A stretch of 63,264 nucleotides of DNA, filler included, from Globobulimina sp. (lineage: Eukaryota), in assembly GCA_003354225.1 (NCBI GenBank). It is 30 parts of 30 records of this genome, joined end to end, with 100 filler letters (N's around TTAATTAATTAA, not from the genome) between each part and the next. Parts side by side here need not be neighbours in the genome. Positions count along the whole stretch, not along the records: positions 1 to 2,014 come from PIVH01009750.1; positions 2,115 to 4,128 come from PIVH01009751.1; positions 4,229 to 6,242 come from PIVH01009752.1; positions 6,343 to 8,355 come from PIVH01009753.1; positions 8,456 to 10,468 come from PIVH01009754.1; positions 10,569 to 12,581 come from PIVH01009755.1; 24 more parts are not named here. One strand, given 5' to 3'. The position numbers and the translations under genes are program-made. Positions 1-11,540 of the stretch are shown here, in pieces. Within the stretch, counting starts at the first letter, position 1, and the number at the start of each line of letters is the position of its first letter. The notes beneath the pieces were generated by a model. The model did no database searches and was not told the origin of the DNA. It saw nothing but the letters and a program-made list of their open reading frames with translations.

Positions 1-890
1 TTAAAATCTTTTTGATACCCCCTTATTCGTACTGCCTCGGGTCTACCATCCCCGTTTATTTGTTTCACCAATTCATATGTCACCCGATCGTTCACAAATG
101 CATTAGTATCCACGAGTGCGTTCCGGCAACAACGTTTATTATCTTCATCATCCCACTCATGCGAGATTGCAGTCCACGTGAAAAAAGCTTCCATTCCCGC
201 TTCATCTATTACGAATCCAAATGTTCGTCTGTAATGCCATCTCTCAATCCATCCTTTGCGACGACCTAAATTATCAAAGGGCTCATAATTTTTGGGAGTA
301 CGGGCAGGGCGATGTTTACCAACGTTCTGATTCCATCCGTGGCGACGATTAGATTCCATCCAACGGACCTGTTTTTATATTGTTAAGTGGACTTAGACGA
401 ACGACAATAAAGCTTAACAGGTGGCGGACTAGCGCTGAACTTGCTATTCATTCTTCCATTATTATTTACCTGTTATTTCATTTTGAAAAGTGGATAGAGC
501 TGCAGTACTGTAGAACTTAACTGGTGGCACAGAGCGTTCTGTCGGGCGAGGCCTGTAATTATCATTGACCTGTTGTTTTAATTCATCGGTTCGCAAAATC
601 ACATTTGGTTGGCCTCTACCGTCATCGGGCTAATACGAATTATTTCGTGGCGGTTCATTCAACCATTGATTTATTGTGTCTCCACCGGGGGTTTCACGTT
701 TACCGCTTTTTTTAATTTCTTGCGTACCAATTAAGTCTTTGGCTTTACAAGTATCCATATGATATTGCATATCGTTAATATTAATAATGTATGCATTTCT
801 TTTTTCATGCTCCAAGACTTGCGATTCTCTCTTTGCGGCATTATTCAAATCTATCAAATCGTAGACGCGCCCTGAAACTGGATTTCGCAT
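1..890 (-). CDS. Spliced cold-shock (CSD/OB-fold) domain protein, 3' truncated; CSD exon is missing from the ORF track
   Basis: Manual translation of 368->1 gives RRKGWIERWHYRRTFGFVIDEAGMEAFFTWTAI...DRVTYELVKQINGDGRPEAVRIRG (RNP1/RNP2-like CSD pattern). Phase-0 introns predicted at 369-418 and 470-521. The link to ORF 630-890 is less certain. Confidence 0.65.
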
Positions 891-1110
891 ATTACACCGA
901 ATGGCGCCCGGACTCTTTGATGCATTTATTGTATCGTATAAGGTATGGTGTGAATGTCACACCCATGGTAGATACAATGAAAAGAGTTTTAACTCTTTGA
1001 CGCTAAGTTTTAATAACAAAATTGACTGGGACCATACAACTGGCTTTATTACATCCGGCACGGGTTTGTTCAACAAGGACTAGTGATTAAATATATATTT
1101 CGGTGAGGAG

Positions 1111-1488
1111 ATGAGACAAATCGGAGGTGCTATTTTTCGAATTAATGGAGGCCATTTTGTTGCGGCATATTTGATGAATGCAATGGAGTCTCGACAGAGA
1201 GTGAGGATATGGATTAAAATGGAAACACTGCAGGGCACAATAAATAAATATTTCAATGCCAAACGTGAGGATTGTATTATGATATTCGTGCATAAAGCAG
1301 AGAAAAGCTGTTATTGTGAGCTATATGATTCATTAGATATGGAGCAATGTCCAAATTGTTTACATTGGATTCATGACGCCTGTGTACTTGCAAATTATGA
1401 TACAGGTGCATCACATGGTTATGGTAGTCCTGGCGAGGAATGGGATGGTGCGGGCTGTGGTTATTGTGACAATTTACAAAGATTGTAG
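1111..1488 (+). CDS. Small PHD-finger protein
   Basis: CYC...QCPNCLHWIHDAC...GCGYC fits C4HC3 spacing. Confidence 0.7.
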   Translation: MRQIGGAIFRINGGHFVAAYLMNAMESRQRVRIWIKMETLQGTINKYFNAKREDCIMIFVHKAEKSCYCELYDSLDMEQCPNCLHWIHDACVLANYDTGASHGYGSPGEEWDGAGCGYCDNLQRL

Positions 1489-1721
1489 ATCAATGATTCA
1501 CTTTGTGTTCTTTTTGTTGTGGTCATGTTCAAATGTATATTTTGCTACTAATATATATATGATCTAGTTTTCATCATGCACTGTCTAGTGACCTTTGATC
1601 TCTTCGGTGTGATACAGTAACTGTGACAGTGTGTGTGTGTGTGTGTAAGATCAGTGCAAAAGTAGTATGCTTATATATGACATCTTGTATTCTTTTTTTT
1701 TTGTTTAATAAATATATGTAA

Positions 1722-1777
1722 GACACTAGCCAATTGGTTTTGGCATTGAAGTCTGGGTTCGAATCCCGTTAGTGTCG
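1722..1777 (+). ncRNA. tRNA-like element lacking an anticodon arm (tRNA pseudogene, SINE head or Pol III ncRNA)
   Basis: GACACTA/TAGTGTC 7-bp acceptor stem, A-box TAGCCAATTGG, D-stem GCCA/TGGC, B-box GGTTCGAATCC, followed by a T-tract. Confidence 0.6.
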
Positions 1778-1805
1778 CAGTCATTTTTTTTTTGGTATTT
1801 GAAAT

Positions 1806-1885
1806 ATATGATTAGATAATATATATATATGATTAGATAATATATATATGATTAGATAATATATATATGATTAGATAATATATAT
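1806..1885. repeat. AT-rich minisatellite (ATGATTAGATAAT + (AT)n), 4 copies
   Basis: Direct tandem copies are visible; a (GT)n microsatellite is also present at about 1629-1646. Confidence 0.85.
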
Positions 1886-2014
1886 GAGTACTAATATATA
1901 CATCATATATAGATCATATATATATGATATTTTGATGAAATTAGCAAATATATTATTAGATTTTATCAATATATTAGCCAAATCCTAAGGGAATCTTCGC
2001 AGTCTAATATATAT

Positions 2015-2114
2015 NNNNNNNNNNNNNNNNNNNNNNNNNNNNNNNNNNNNNNNNNNNNTTAATTAATTAANNNNNNNNNNNNNNNNNNNNNNNNNNNNNN
2101 NNNNNNNNNNNNNN
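2015..2114. other. Artificial contig spacer (first of 29; recurs about every 2.11 kb)
   Basis: N44 + TTAATTAATTAA (stops in all six frames) + N44, identical each time; contigs are 2010-2014 bp, sorted by decreasing length. Confidence 0.99.
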
Positions 2115-2310
2115 CTTGTTTTAAATTTGAATCAATATTTTTCCATTTTAGACTAATTTCTTTTGTGATTGCAGTCATTTTTAAATCTGGTTTTTCTTCT
2201 TTTACTTTTTGTCTGTTATCATTTAAAAATGAAAAATATGAAGATAACGATCGTTTTGGTGCATTCGGATCTTTTGGTTTTTTACTCTTTCTTTGGCGGC
2301 GTTGTGTCAT
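2115..2310 (-). CDS. HMG-box protein (HMGB/NHP6-like), 3' truncated
   Basis: KDPNAPKRSLSSYFSFLNDNRQKVKEEKPDLKMTAITKEISLKWK. Confidence 0.92.
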
Positions 2311-2385
2311 GGCTAAGAAGTTAATGTTGGATTTTTTTTTTGTTTTGATAAATGCAGTCAAAAACCACTCAACACTAAAGTAGTA

Positions 2386-2679
2386 ATGTCGTCTTTTTTA
2401 AGTATATGTCAACAGCATTTCCGGTCTGAAATGTCTCTGTTGGGAATATATTGCATCTTGGAATTTGCCCAAATTACTGTTGCTATAATATCATTAAAGC
2501 AAATAAAAGCTATTAATCAAAAAGATAAATTTCCAAAGTTACTGCTGATATCACAATGGATATTTTATTTATCCGCATTGTCCTTTGCAATGTCTGGAAT
2601 ACCAACCACAATATGTTTTTGCTTTGCATTGAAAGTAAATGATAAATATTATGAGCAGTCCAAAGAACAATTTGGATAA
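2386..2679 (+). CDS. Short 2-TM membrane protein, or truncated remnant of a 7TM-like family
   Basis: Two hydrophobic helices laid out like the N-terminus of ORF 34208-35371. Confidence 0.4.
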   Translation: MSSFLSICQQHFRSEMSLLGIYCILEFAQITVAIISLKQIKAINQKDKFPKLLLISQWIFYLSALSFAMSGIPTTICFCFALKVNDKYYEQSKEQFG

Positions 2680-2896
2680 ACGTCACTTAGAGCTTTCAAC
2701 GGAAATGGCTGTAACAACCATGGATGAACCATCTATTTGATATGTACTGTATATACTACTTTAATATGTTTGTTAATGCAATTATAACCAAATTATATTA
2801 GTTTAGATTAGTTTAGATTAGATTTAAGTTTTTGAAAGTCTTGGGGTTTTTTGATCAAGAATTCTGCCATTCCAGAAAGCCACCCGAACTTCAATC

Positions 2897-3947
2897 ATGT
2901 GTTGCGATTTTGTATTTGGTGGCGATATCGAGCATCCAAACATCCAAATTGCAAACATCCGAGGTAGCAACCAATACAAACTATGGACGAGCTCTGCTTG
3001 TTTTACAGTATTTTATTGTTTTGTATTGTTGTTTGCAATCATCACAGTTGTCTATATATGGTTTACAAACGATGCGTTGGGCATTTGCTACTCTCCAAAT
3101 TTAGTGTGGGTTTTATTGGCTCATATAATCAAACCATTTGTGCTAGCAATATTTTGCTGTCCTGTTTTATGTACAAATCAATCGATTTGCTGTGCTGTTC
3201 TAAGATTATCGCCATATATTTTTGTGGATGTTCCATATGCAGTTTTTGTAATGTTGTTTTCTTGGCTTCCTTTATTACAATGTATATTGGATCAAGATTT
3301 GATCAAAACACATGCATCGATTTTAGTCATATTACTTTCAAGCTTGGTTATTCATTTAATATTCCCTTTACTGGCCACTTTACGATTAATTGAAGTGATT
3401 GTTTTTGAACAAAGAGTTAAAACGTTGCGAGAAAATTACAGTCAACGACATGTCCAACGATATGAAGTTGAAGTGGCACCAATACACAATGAACAGAAAG
3501 AGGAGAAAGAAGAAACATTGACTGTTTTCCACCGTGATGGTTCTAGCACTCTCGCTGCTATGTTAGGAGATATCCTCGAGGACGAATCAAGAGATCAGTT
3601 TGATGAGACATTTATTTATGGAAATCGTAATGATGAATATATAAACACCTCTCTATCCAATATGTTTGCAGCAAGCACAAAATTTATATCTTCTGGTCTT
3701 TTCAGTAAATGGAACGAAGAGGAAATTTGTGTTATTTGTTACGATAATTTTGAAAAAGGTAAATTATGCGCAAAGTTGAAATGCGGACACATTTTCCATA
3801 GGGATTGCTGTAAACAATGGTTAAATGAAAGCGCAACCTGTTTAGTGTATATTTATATATTACTTTGTGAGGGATAATTAATTTAGATTGGTATAATATA
3901 TAGGTCCATTGTGCCGGATTGGAGTGACAAAACGTGCGTTTCTGTGA
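2897..3947 (+). CDS. Multi-pass membrane RING-H2 E3 ubiquitin ligase (intron 3840-3903)
   Basis: About 4 TM helices, then CVICYDNF...LKCGHIFHRDCCKQWL...T; splicing completes CPLCR. Confidence 0.9.
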
Positions 3948-4228
3948 TTTCCAAAATTAAATTATTGTTTCATCACGTTTCCATTTTTGCTGATTTTTGG
4001 AGTAAAATGAATGTCTGACGCTTCTACGTTTCCCTTGAAGAGGCACAGAGTGTATATATTTAAATTAATGTTTTTTTAAAATAAACCTATTACTAGAAAG
4101 CGACCATTCACTCAATTACTCTTTGCCANNNNNNNNNNNNNNNNNNNNNNNNNNNNNNNNNNNNNNNNNNNNTTAATTAATTAANNNNNNNNNNNNNNNN
4201 NNNNNNNNNNNNNNNNNNNNNNNNNNNN

Positions 4229-4705
4229 ATTCACATTGGTTCTTGCTTGCTGTTGAAATAATGCACGTTGTGATTGTGCTAATTGTTGCTGCTGCATTTG
4301 TGCCATCATTGCTTGTTGTTGCAGTGCACGTATTTGATAATTCTGCACATTCTGTTGCGTTTGATATTGTTTCTGCCACATTGCGTAATCTTGTTGGTTC
4401 AAATTTGTCTCAGAACCAGAATTTTTGTCTGTTATTTGATTTTGATATTGTTTTTGCCACAATGTATAATCTTGACCTTGTTGGTTTAAATTGGTTCCAG
4501 ATAAGGATTGTTTTTGTGGTATTTGCTGTATTTGATTTTGTCCCTGTTCTGCCATTGCTAAATGTTGTTGCCATTGTTTCTGATGTTCTGTCATTAAATT
4601 ATTCATTGATGCGGCATTTGCTGCTTGTTGCTGTTGGTATGCTATCCATTGTTGTTGTCGTTGCTGATAAACATTGTGTTGACTCTGTGAATATTGGTTC
4701 GCCAT
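4229..4705 (-). CDS. Gln-rich low-complexity protein, 3' truncated
   Basis: Q-rich ORF with an internal repeat (TNLNQQ..DY..WQKQYQ x2). Confidence 0.65.
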
Positions 4706-4891
4706 TACAAAAATTGAGACTAATCGAAGATGTTTAGAAAGATTTTCGAGATGTTTTTTTTTGTTTATCTCACTCTACTTACTCAAAAAACGGAAAACTA
4801 AATGACCAACACGCTACATCCAACGACTGCGCGATTGTTATTGTTTTTATAAAAAATAAACACATCAAGAGAATCCGGAAAAGTTTAAACA

Positions 4892-6172
4892 ATGTGGAAT
4901 GGACAATTTGAACAACAGATGATTGTATTTGCATTGTCTATACCACAAAAGATTAGCATAATAGTAAGAAATGCAATTTTACGCTGTGTCTCATTAAATG
5001 ATGCATTAGAAGTCTGGGTCTCCATTCATTTAATAATAAATTATTCATTCTTGCATGGATTAAACGGAGGTGATTCAGTATGGATGAGCGCAACCAAATA
5101 TTCCTGGCCTTTTGCACTCTGCATTTTAGTGATCCATTTTTATTCATTAATAAAATACTCGCCCTCTGCAGTGATTTATATGCGAGTCTTAATCACCGCA
5201 TTTTTATTCCCACGCATCGATATTTTACATAATATCATCTTAGCTTTTTTGTTACAGACATCCCTCGCAAATGGCAAATGTCGCTTATTTTCACTGATAT
5301 CGACGTTTATTTGTGACCATAAAAATAATAATTTCTCGAAAAAAACAAAAATTATTTGCTGTCATTATTATTTGATGAAACTATATAATGTGACCAAGGA
5401 AATGTACCTCGATCATTATTCGCATTTATATCATGATCAAAGAATCATTAATTTGTATAATTATTATCAAAATAATTTGATTGAAAATTTGCAGCCCAAA
5501 ATATGCCGCGAAGTGGAAAAAAATCTAACAAATCGCTCCACATTGTCGTTATCTTCCATTTGTATCTCGAATTGGACCTATTTATGGCATATCGTGTTGG
5601 GATACGACAAGTTTTGGATCGTCAACTTTTATAATCGAAACTATATCTATTATGCGGTGGAATTTGTGTATATTAATTTATTATTTGCTGCAATCATTCA
5701 ATATTTATGTAAGTTGTACTGTTTTATGCATGTTTTGCAAGGTAATGGCAGTGTGAATAGCGATGGAATTGCGACTATTATATTTATTTTGTTGGGGGAG
5801 TTTTTAACATTTGGCTATGTGGTCTGGTACGTGAGGAAAAAGGATAACTGCCAATTTATTGTGAGACTGTATCAACAAAGATTTGTATTACGAGTGTTGG
5901 ACGCATATCAAATATCGTCTCATTACGTAAACAGGAAAACATTACACGATATTCAATTGTTATCAAAATATTATAGGAATAAACGGTTTGTTTTTCAAAT
6001 ATTATATGAATCATTTGGAATATCTGACATTGCTACGCAAATTATGAAATATATGGTGCCAAACTGGCAATTATCCATTAAATTAAGTCTAGTCTCGGAG
6101 ACTCGTAAAATACAATCCAACATTGAACAATATAATATATGCAACCATTGTGATGGTGATCAAGGCAAATAA
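4892..6172 (+). CDS. Uncharacterised multi-pass membrane protein
   Basis: 426-aa ORF in AT-rich DNA with several hydrophobic segments. Confidence 0.6.
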   Translation: MWNGQFEQQMIVFALSIPQKISIIVRNAILRCVSLNDALEVWVSIHLIINYSFLHGLNGGDSVWMSATKYSWPFALCILVIHFYSLIKYSPSAVIYMRVLITAFLFPRIDILHNIILAFLLQTSLANGKCRLFSLISTFICDHKNNNFSKKTKIICCHYYLMKLYNVTKEMYLDHYSHLYHDQRIINLYNYYQNNLIENLQPKICREVEKNLTNRSTLSLSSICISNWTYLWHIVLGYDKFWIVNFYNRNYIYYAVEFVYINLLFAAIIQYLCKLYCFMHVLQGNGSVNSDGIATIIFILLGEFLTFGYVVWYVRKKDNCQFIVRLYQQRFVLRVLDAYQISSHYVNRKTLHDIQLLSKYYRNKRFVFQILYESFGISDIATQIMKYMVPNWQLSIKLSLVSETRKIQSNIEQYNICNHCDGDQGK

Positions 6173-6342
6173 TTCAACAAAATGTGTACGCTTTTCCTTC
6201 TGTAATAAATTATTGTTTCAAGTACTTTCAACTATATAAATTNNNNNNNNNNNNNNNNNNNNNNNNNNNNNNNNNNNNNNNNNNNNTTAATTAATTAANN
6301 NNNNNNNNNNNNNNNNNNNNNNNNNNNNNNNNNNNNNNNNNN

Positions 6343-8355
6343 TCAAGACCTGCGTGATAAAATTGCCTAAACTCGTAGCGTGATACGGCAATCGCCCCGT
6401 AATCAACGTGTATAGCAAGACCCCGCAACGCCAACTATCCGCTTTGCGCAACACATTGCCATTCAATTCAATGTTCATCAACGGATTATTGCTCCCCATC
6501 AACAGCGCCAATTCTGGCGGCGTACTGCTCATAATGCTAAAAAAGCGGCTTATTTTGTCCTCTTCGCGCAACACAATGGAACGACTGAAATCCAATAAGA
6601 TCGGTCGGAGATTATTATCAAAGCCTAAACTGTCGATATTTAGATTAAAATTACACGTATCGTGCTTATGGCAAAATAAAATCGTCTCAAAAATGCAGCC
6701 AATCACTTGCGATAAGAAATACTCAGAATAGCAGATCGAGCGTAACGTGATCGATTCGTTCAACATTTCGGGGAAAGAGCGTAAATGCGGCGTCTTGGTC
6801 ACGCAGCAAAAGTTAAATTTGTCGCTGCCATGATCGATTTTTTTGCAAATGGTGGGATACTGCAACTTGTTCAAGATATGGCAGGTGTAATGGAACGATT
6901 TCTGGACATCCAAAAGGTCGCCACCGTGCACCGACGCCGTGCGAGGGATCGAAATCATGTCATAATATTTACGCCGCGTACGCCGGTCCGTTAAGCGCAA
7001 ATAACAAATGTTGTTCCAGCGGCAAATGGTGCGGATAATGATATATTTCTTCCATAGCGGTTCGCGGCGATATCGCAAGCGCGCAATGTCGATGACTTGG
7101 GGCAAGACCTTGGCCACTTCGGCTTCGATGGGATCGGGTAAGTGATCTATGAGAGAGCTGAAATAGCGGCCAACCATCTTCTGCGAGATCATGGTGGAAT
7201 TACTACCCGCCACCGCCCAAAATAATTCATCCCCTTCCAACTCATTGAAATCGACGCCCAAACTCTTAATCCGATCAATAAAGTCGTTCACCGAAATGAG
7301 CCGCTCCCCCACCGACAGCCGGCGCCCTTTTTGGATCCGGCCATGTTTGTCTCGCTCCAATTTGATGGGTTCTAATTTGTTCGAAATCTTCCCTTTATCG
7401 AACAACATTGTTAACACAAACTGCAATTTCGATTTTAAATTGATTTTAAGAGCGCAACTGTCGGTCACCGCCACCCGCTCCATTCTCTTATTACTGCCCT
7501 CCATCTCAACCACCACCAATCCGGGACACAAACTCACGAAGTCACTGAACGTGGCTTTACGCGACGGCAAAAACTTCCGTCGGTTGAATTTGTCGTACTT
7601 TCGATGCACCGCAGTGCCCAACTCGCTCATTCGCAGCCCGTCCACGCCGGCTTTCTTTACGCGCGCGACCATATATTGCTGGATATCGTGTAATTTGTGC
7701 TGCAAATCGGCGGATAATTTATGGAATTCTGGCTTGATTTTGCTATGATACTCTTCTTTTTGCGAAGCTACCGTTGCAATCAAAAATTTCTCACTGAAGC
7801 CGACGTCTTTTAACTTTGAATGCAATTCTTTCTCTTCCTCCATATTATCCTTTTTGGTTAATTCAGACACTTTGTCATTATCTTCTTCTTTGTCGCTAAA
7901 TTCGGCCATTTCGTCCAAGTCCATTGGCTCCGCCTCAATAATATCATGGCCCATATCCTGCACAATTTTGTCAGTAATATGCTGTTTTTGATCATCATCG
8001 TCGGTCTTAAACAAAGCTTGTAATAATTTCTTCTGTTGCTGCGAATTCACATCCTTTGCTAATATTAATTGGTTCATAGGCCGCCCACTCGATTGATTGT
8101 TATTATTTGTTGTTGGCGCCGGCGTGAATTTACTCGTTAATGACGGCGATTTGGTTTTAATTTGTTTATTAAAATGCGACTTGTAAATGGCAGCCAATTT
8201 CTTTTGTTCTTCGGCCTTCATTGAACTGCTCATTGTCATCTTGCCCGAGGCCGTTTTATCAATGCATTTGAACATTTTTTGCTGGATCTCGCGTTGTTTG
8301 ATGCTCTCCACCGACGAGGTCATGAAAGTGATGAATTCCTCCACATTGACGGCGC
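6343..8355 (-). CDS. LOTUS/OST-HTH domain + protein kinase-like (probable pseudokinase) protein, both ends truncated
   Basis: GLRMSELGTAVHRKYDKFNRRKF...TFSDFVSLCPGLVVV (LOTUS-like). Kinase C-lobe LLDFS...TPPE...KADSWRCGVLLYTLITGRLPY with no HRD motif. Confidence 0.75.
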
Positions 8356-9486
8356 NNNNNNNNNNNNNNNNNNNNNNNNNNNNNNNNNNNNNNNNNNNNT
8401 TAATTAATTAANNNNNNNNNNNNNNNNNNNNNNNNNNNNNNNNNNNNNNNNNNNNAACAAAAGTGTAATTTGCAATTTAATCGAACAAATTAGTGACAGT
8501 ACATAGTATGGGTAAAATATCCAATTTAAATATGTAAATGATGTTCGATAGCAGCGCAGAGTGAACTTGTTCTGGCCAGCAATTGGGGTGGTAAACCTTC
8601 AGGGCCAAGCAAGAAATCGTCGATCTGATGAGCTAACCCGACAAGTTTGTTTTGCAGTGCGTTGGGTGTGTTTTATTGCCATGTTGATATCCTGACGGTA
8701 TAGATGGTCGTAAAATAGCACTCTTTTGCCCAATTCACTATTTTTGAACAATTCCACACAATGTTCCTTGTCATCGCCGACAAAATATCTTGTCATATAT
8801 GCTGGTGCGGGGTTTGTGGAAATGGTTAATGCCCATCGGTTGTCCACAAGTTGGTTATAGGTAAAGTTGACCAATGAATGGTCGCGCAGTTCATTCAACA
8901 AGTTGGTTTGGTTTTGTGGATACAAGTGTTGGTGTTGTTGTGCTGAAAATTTTTACAATAGTCAACAATATCTACATAATCAGTGTAAAAATATTACTGT
9001 TCATTTGAAATTCGGGGATTCCAAATTGAGTGAACCAGTCAACATGATTGACATGGCTTAGAATGTCTTTGGTAAGACACATGGTACGTCTGGCGAGTTG
9101 TCTCCTTCGTTGTTCGTTGACAACATTTCCAGTGAAAGCACCGATCAATGCAAACATAGCATTATAAAATCTCACGGCTAAGGCTGGATACATACTTGAA
9201 GAGAATTGTGGAAGGGTTGATTCTAAGCTGTAGATCGACAAGAGCGAATGAAGTTTTGAATCAACGAAGCCATTTTAAAGCTTTACCATACGTCACATTT
9301 CCCACGATTGTGTGAAAAACTTGTTGCGTACAAAAGTTAGTTTGGCATTTGGCGTCCTCTTGCGTATTTGGGTGTACCAAGGGCCGCCCGGCGAGCTTCA
9401 AGTTACGTAACAGTCATGTGACATGCATGTGTGATGACTAAATGCTGTTACACAATATATTTGTTTGCGTGTGAGTGTACAATATC

Positions 9487-9798
9487 ATGGCTACTTCAAA
9501 TTCGGTCGACCCAAGTGAGGAGAATAGTGCAGGTCTTACTGTAGGAATATATTCTTCTCAGGAAGCCAACAGCAATAGTCCATCGCAAGTAGTGAACATG
9601 CAACGCAGGAAAAGTGAAATGGCTTTCTATGCCCAAGTGTTGCTAATTTATATCGTGGTAATTACCGCCATAATTAATTTGAGTTTAACTAATGACAACA
9701 GCCGATTGTGGACGTCACTGCTAAGTGGGTGTTTGGGTTATCTCTTGCCCAATCCGAGTCTAAAAGGGAGAACTTTTGGCCCGCCAACTACGGAGTAG
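9487..9798 (+). CDS. Small 2-TM protein of the type associated with Polinton/adintovirus-like elements
   Basis: EMAFYAQVLLIYIVVITAIINLSL...LWTSLLSGCLGYLLPNP; motif recalled from such elements, not verified by search. Confidence 0.55.
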   Translation: MATSNSVDPSEENSAGLTVGIYSSQEANSNSPSQVVNMQRRKSEMAFYAQVLLIYIVVITAIINLSLTNDNSRLWTSLLSGCLGYLLPNPSLKGRTFGPPTTE

Positions 9799-10568
9799 AT
9801 TGCTTGTGTAAGTTTTTTTGTATAAAATCTGAACTTTGATATACGTACATAGCGGGAAACCTTATCAAATCAAAATTTTCTATGTGCCAGTTCTGTCAGT
9901 TTGTTAATGTTTGAAATGAATGTAATTATTCCAAAATTCAGACATCGGTTTTATGGTTTCCTGTTCTAGTAAGAATGAAATGATGATTTTAAACATATTG
10001 ATGATTACTGTATTGTTCTTTCAGTAAAAGGAGTAAGGTGAGAATTATGCTAAAGGTCGAAGAAAGATCCAATGGTCAGCATTTTATGGAGTTTGTATAT
10101 ATGTCAGGACTGGAGATTAAACAATTTAATTGGCAAATGGATGTACTGCAGGGCATCAGCTGGTATTGGAATAGGGACGACGTATCGGACAGTCAGTACG
10201 AAAGTTGTAAAAGATTCATAAAATCATTATTGTAATAATGTAGGTCGGCCAGTCAGTGTTGTTAATATAAATAAAATCGAAAGTACAGTATATAATATGT
10301 ATTTAATTGGTTAATTTTCTTAAAATAAATTTTTATCAGAAATTGTTGTAATCAGGGTGTTTGCACAATAAACATATTGAACACAAATGGCCGCGCCATA
10401 TTACATATGCAGTAAGACAACGAGGTGCCAATAACAAGCCTGACGTTAAATAGCGGGAATATTTTGAANNNNNNNNNNNNNNNNNNNNNNNNNNNNNNNN
10501 NNNNNNNNNNNNTTAATTAATTAANNNNNNNNNNNNNNNNNNNNNNNNNNNNNNNNNNNNNNNNNNNN

Positions 10569-10715
10569 TCTTTGGCACATCGATTGATTCGCAAATTAGC
10601 AAAAGAGGGAACCTTAAAAAAAATACATGATTCTGGCGGATTTTTATTGTACACCAAATCTGCCAAACAAATTGCTTTAGAAAAGGAAAAAAGAAAGATT
10701 AAAGCAAGAACATAA
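10569..10715 (+). CDS. RPS25: 40S ribosomal protein eS25, C-terminal fragment (not in the ORF track)
   Basis: SLAHRLIRKLAKEGTLKKIHDSGGFLLYTKS aligns with eS25 [30 protein letters not shown]. Confidence 0.75.
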   Translation, partial: SLAHRLIRKLAKEGTLKKIHDSGGFLLYTKSAKQIALEKEKRKIKART

Positions 10716-10915
10716 GCAATGCAATCAATTAAACATTAACATGAATAACATGAACATAACAGTGACTGTCGATTGTTTGTTTGTGTTATTTAATTTTGTA
10801 AGTTATTGTTGACTGAAAATATCATTGAAAAAAAACAAAACTGATCGATCTGATCCGGTCAATGTGTGCAAGGATACTGAAGTTTTAAAGTGAAGTTTGC
10901 TGAAATATTTAACAT

Positions 10916-11359
10916 TTACTGTCCTCTTTCACCCACAAGCCCTTCAACTTGCTGTTGATATGCTTCATAACGCGCAGAATTTGCCACTCTATTCAATATT
11001 TGATGCATTGTATGTTTATCCTGCATTCTCGGATGATAGGTGCATCGCAACCATTTGTCAGCGTAATACCATGCAGCCATCGTAGGTATGGCAAATAATG
11101 GCAATCGGGTCATCCGTGTCATTGAAGGCGTCCATTGAAAGACACAATGTTGAAAAAGCCACGCATGAATTAAACCAGATGTTAATGCGAGACCAACCAT
11201 GAATTTTGGATGATATTGGTCTGTGTGAGTACGTGCTAACCAATTCCAGCCATTATCCTTTTGCACAAAACTACTAAAATTATGATCCGGACCAATTAAA
11301 TCACGATTCTGTTCATAAACATTATTCATTGGCATATGTGTAGCATCTTGATTTTCCAT
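10916..11359 (-). CDS. Small 2-TM protein of unknown function
   Basis: Complete 147-aa ORF with two hydrophobic helices. Confidence 0.6.
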   Translation of the reverse strand: MENQDATHMPMNNVYEQNRDLIGPDHNFSSFVQKDNGWNWLARTHTDQYHPKFMVGLALTSGLIHAWLFQHCVFQWTPSMTRMTRLPLFAIPTMAAWYYADKWLRCTYHPRMQDKHTMHQILNRVANSARYEAYQQQVEGLVGERGQ

Positions 11360-11540
11360 TGTTTTTGATTAGTGCGGTTCCTATTGCTTCAAGAATAAAG
11401 ATTCGATCACAATGAATGGTTTGATGTCAGATCCCGACTTTCAGTACAAAACCGTAACAAAACGGGCTAACATCTCGAAAATCCCTCTAAACTGAACGTT
11501 AAACTCAAAATAAATAAATGGAAATATGAACATGTTATGG

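Noticed and set aside
630-632. Stop-codon reassignment (TAG read through in contig 1)
   Set aside because: An intron can explain it. Conserved genes end in TAA/TGA and have no in-frame stops
2059-2070. Regularly spaced TTAATTAATTAA as a biological repeat or CRISPR-like array
   Set aside because: Embedded in fixed N-runs, so it is a concatenation linker. ORFs ending in XXX-LIN are artefacts of it
2796-2826. TTAG(T/A) repeats as telomere sequence
   Set aside because: Short, degenerate and internal
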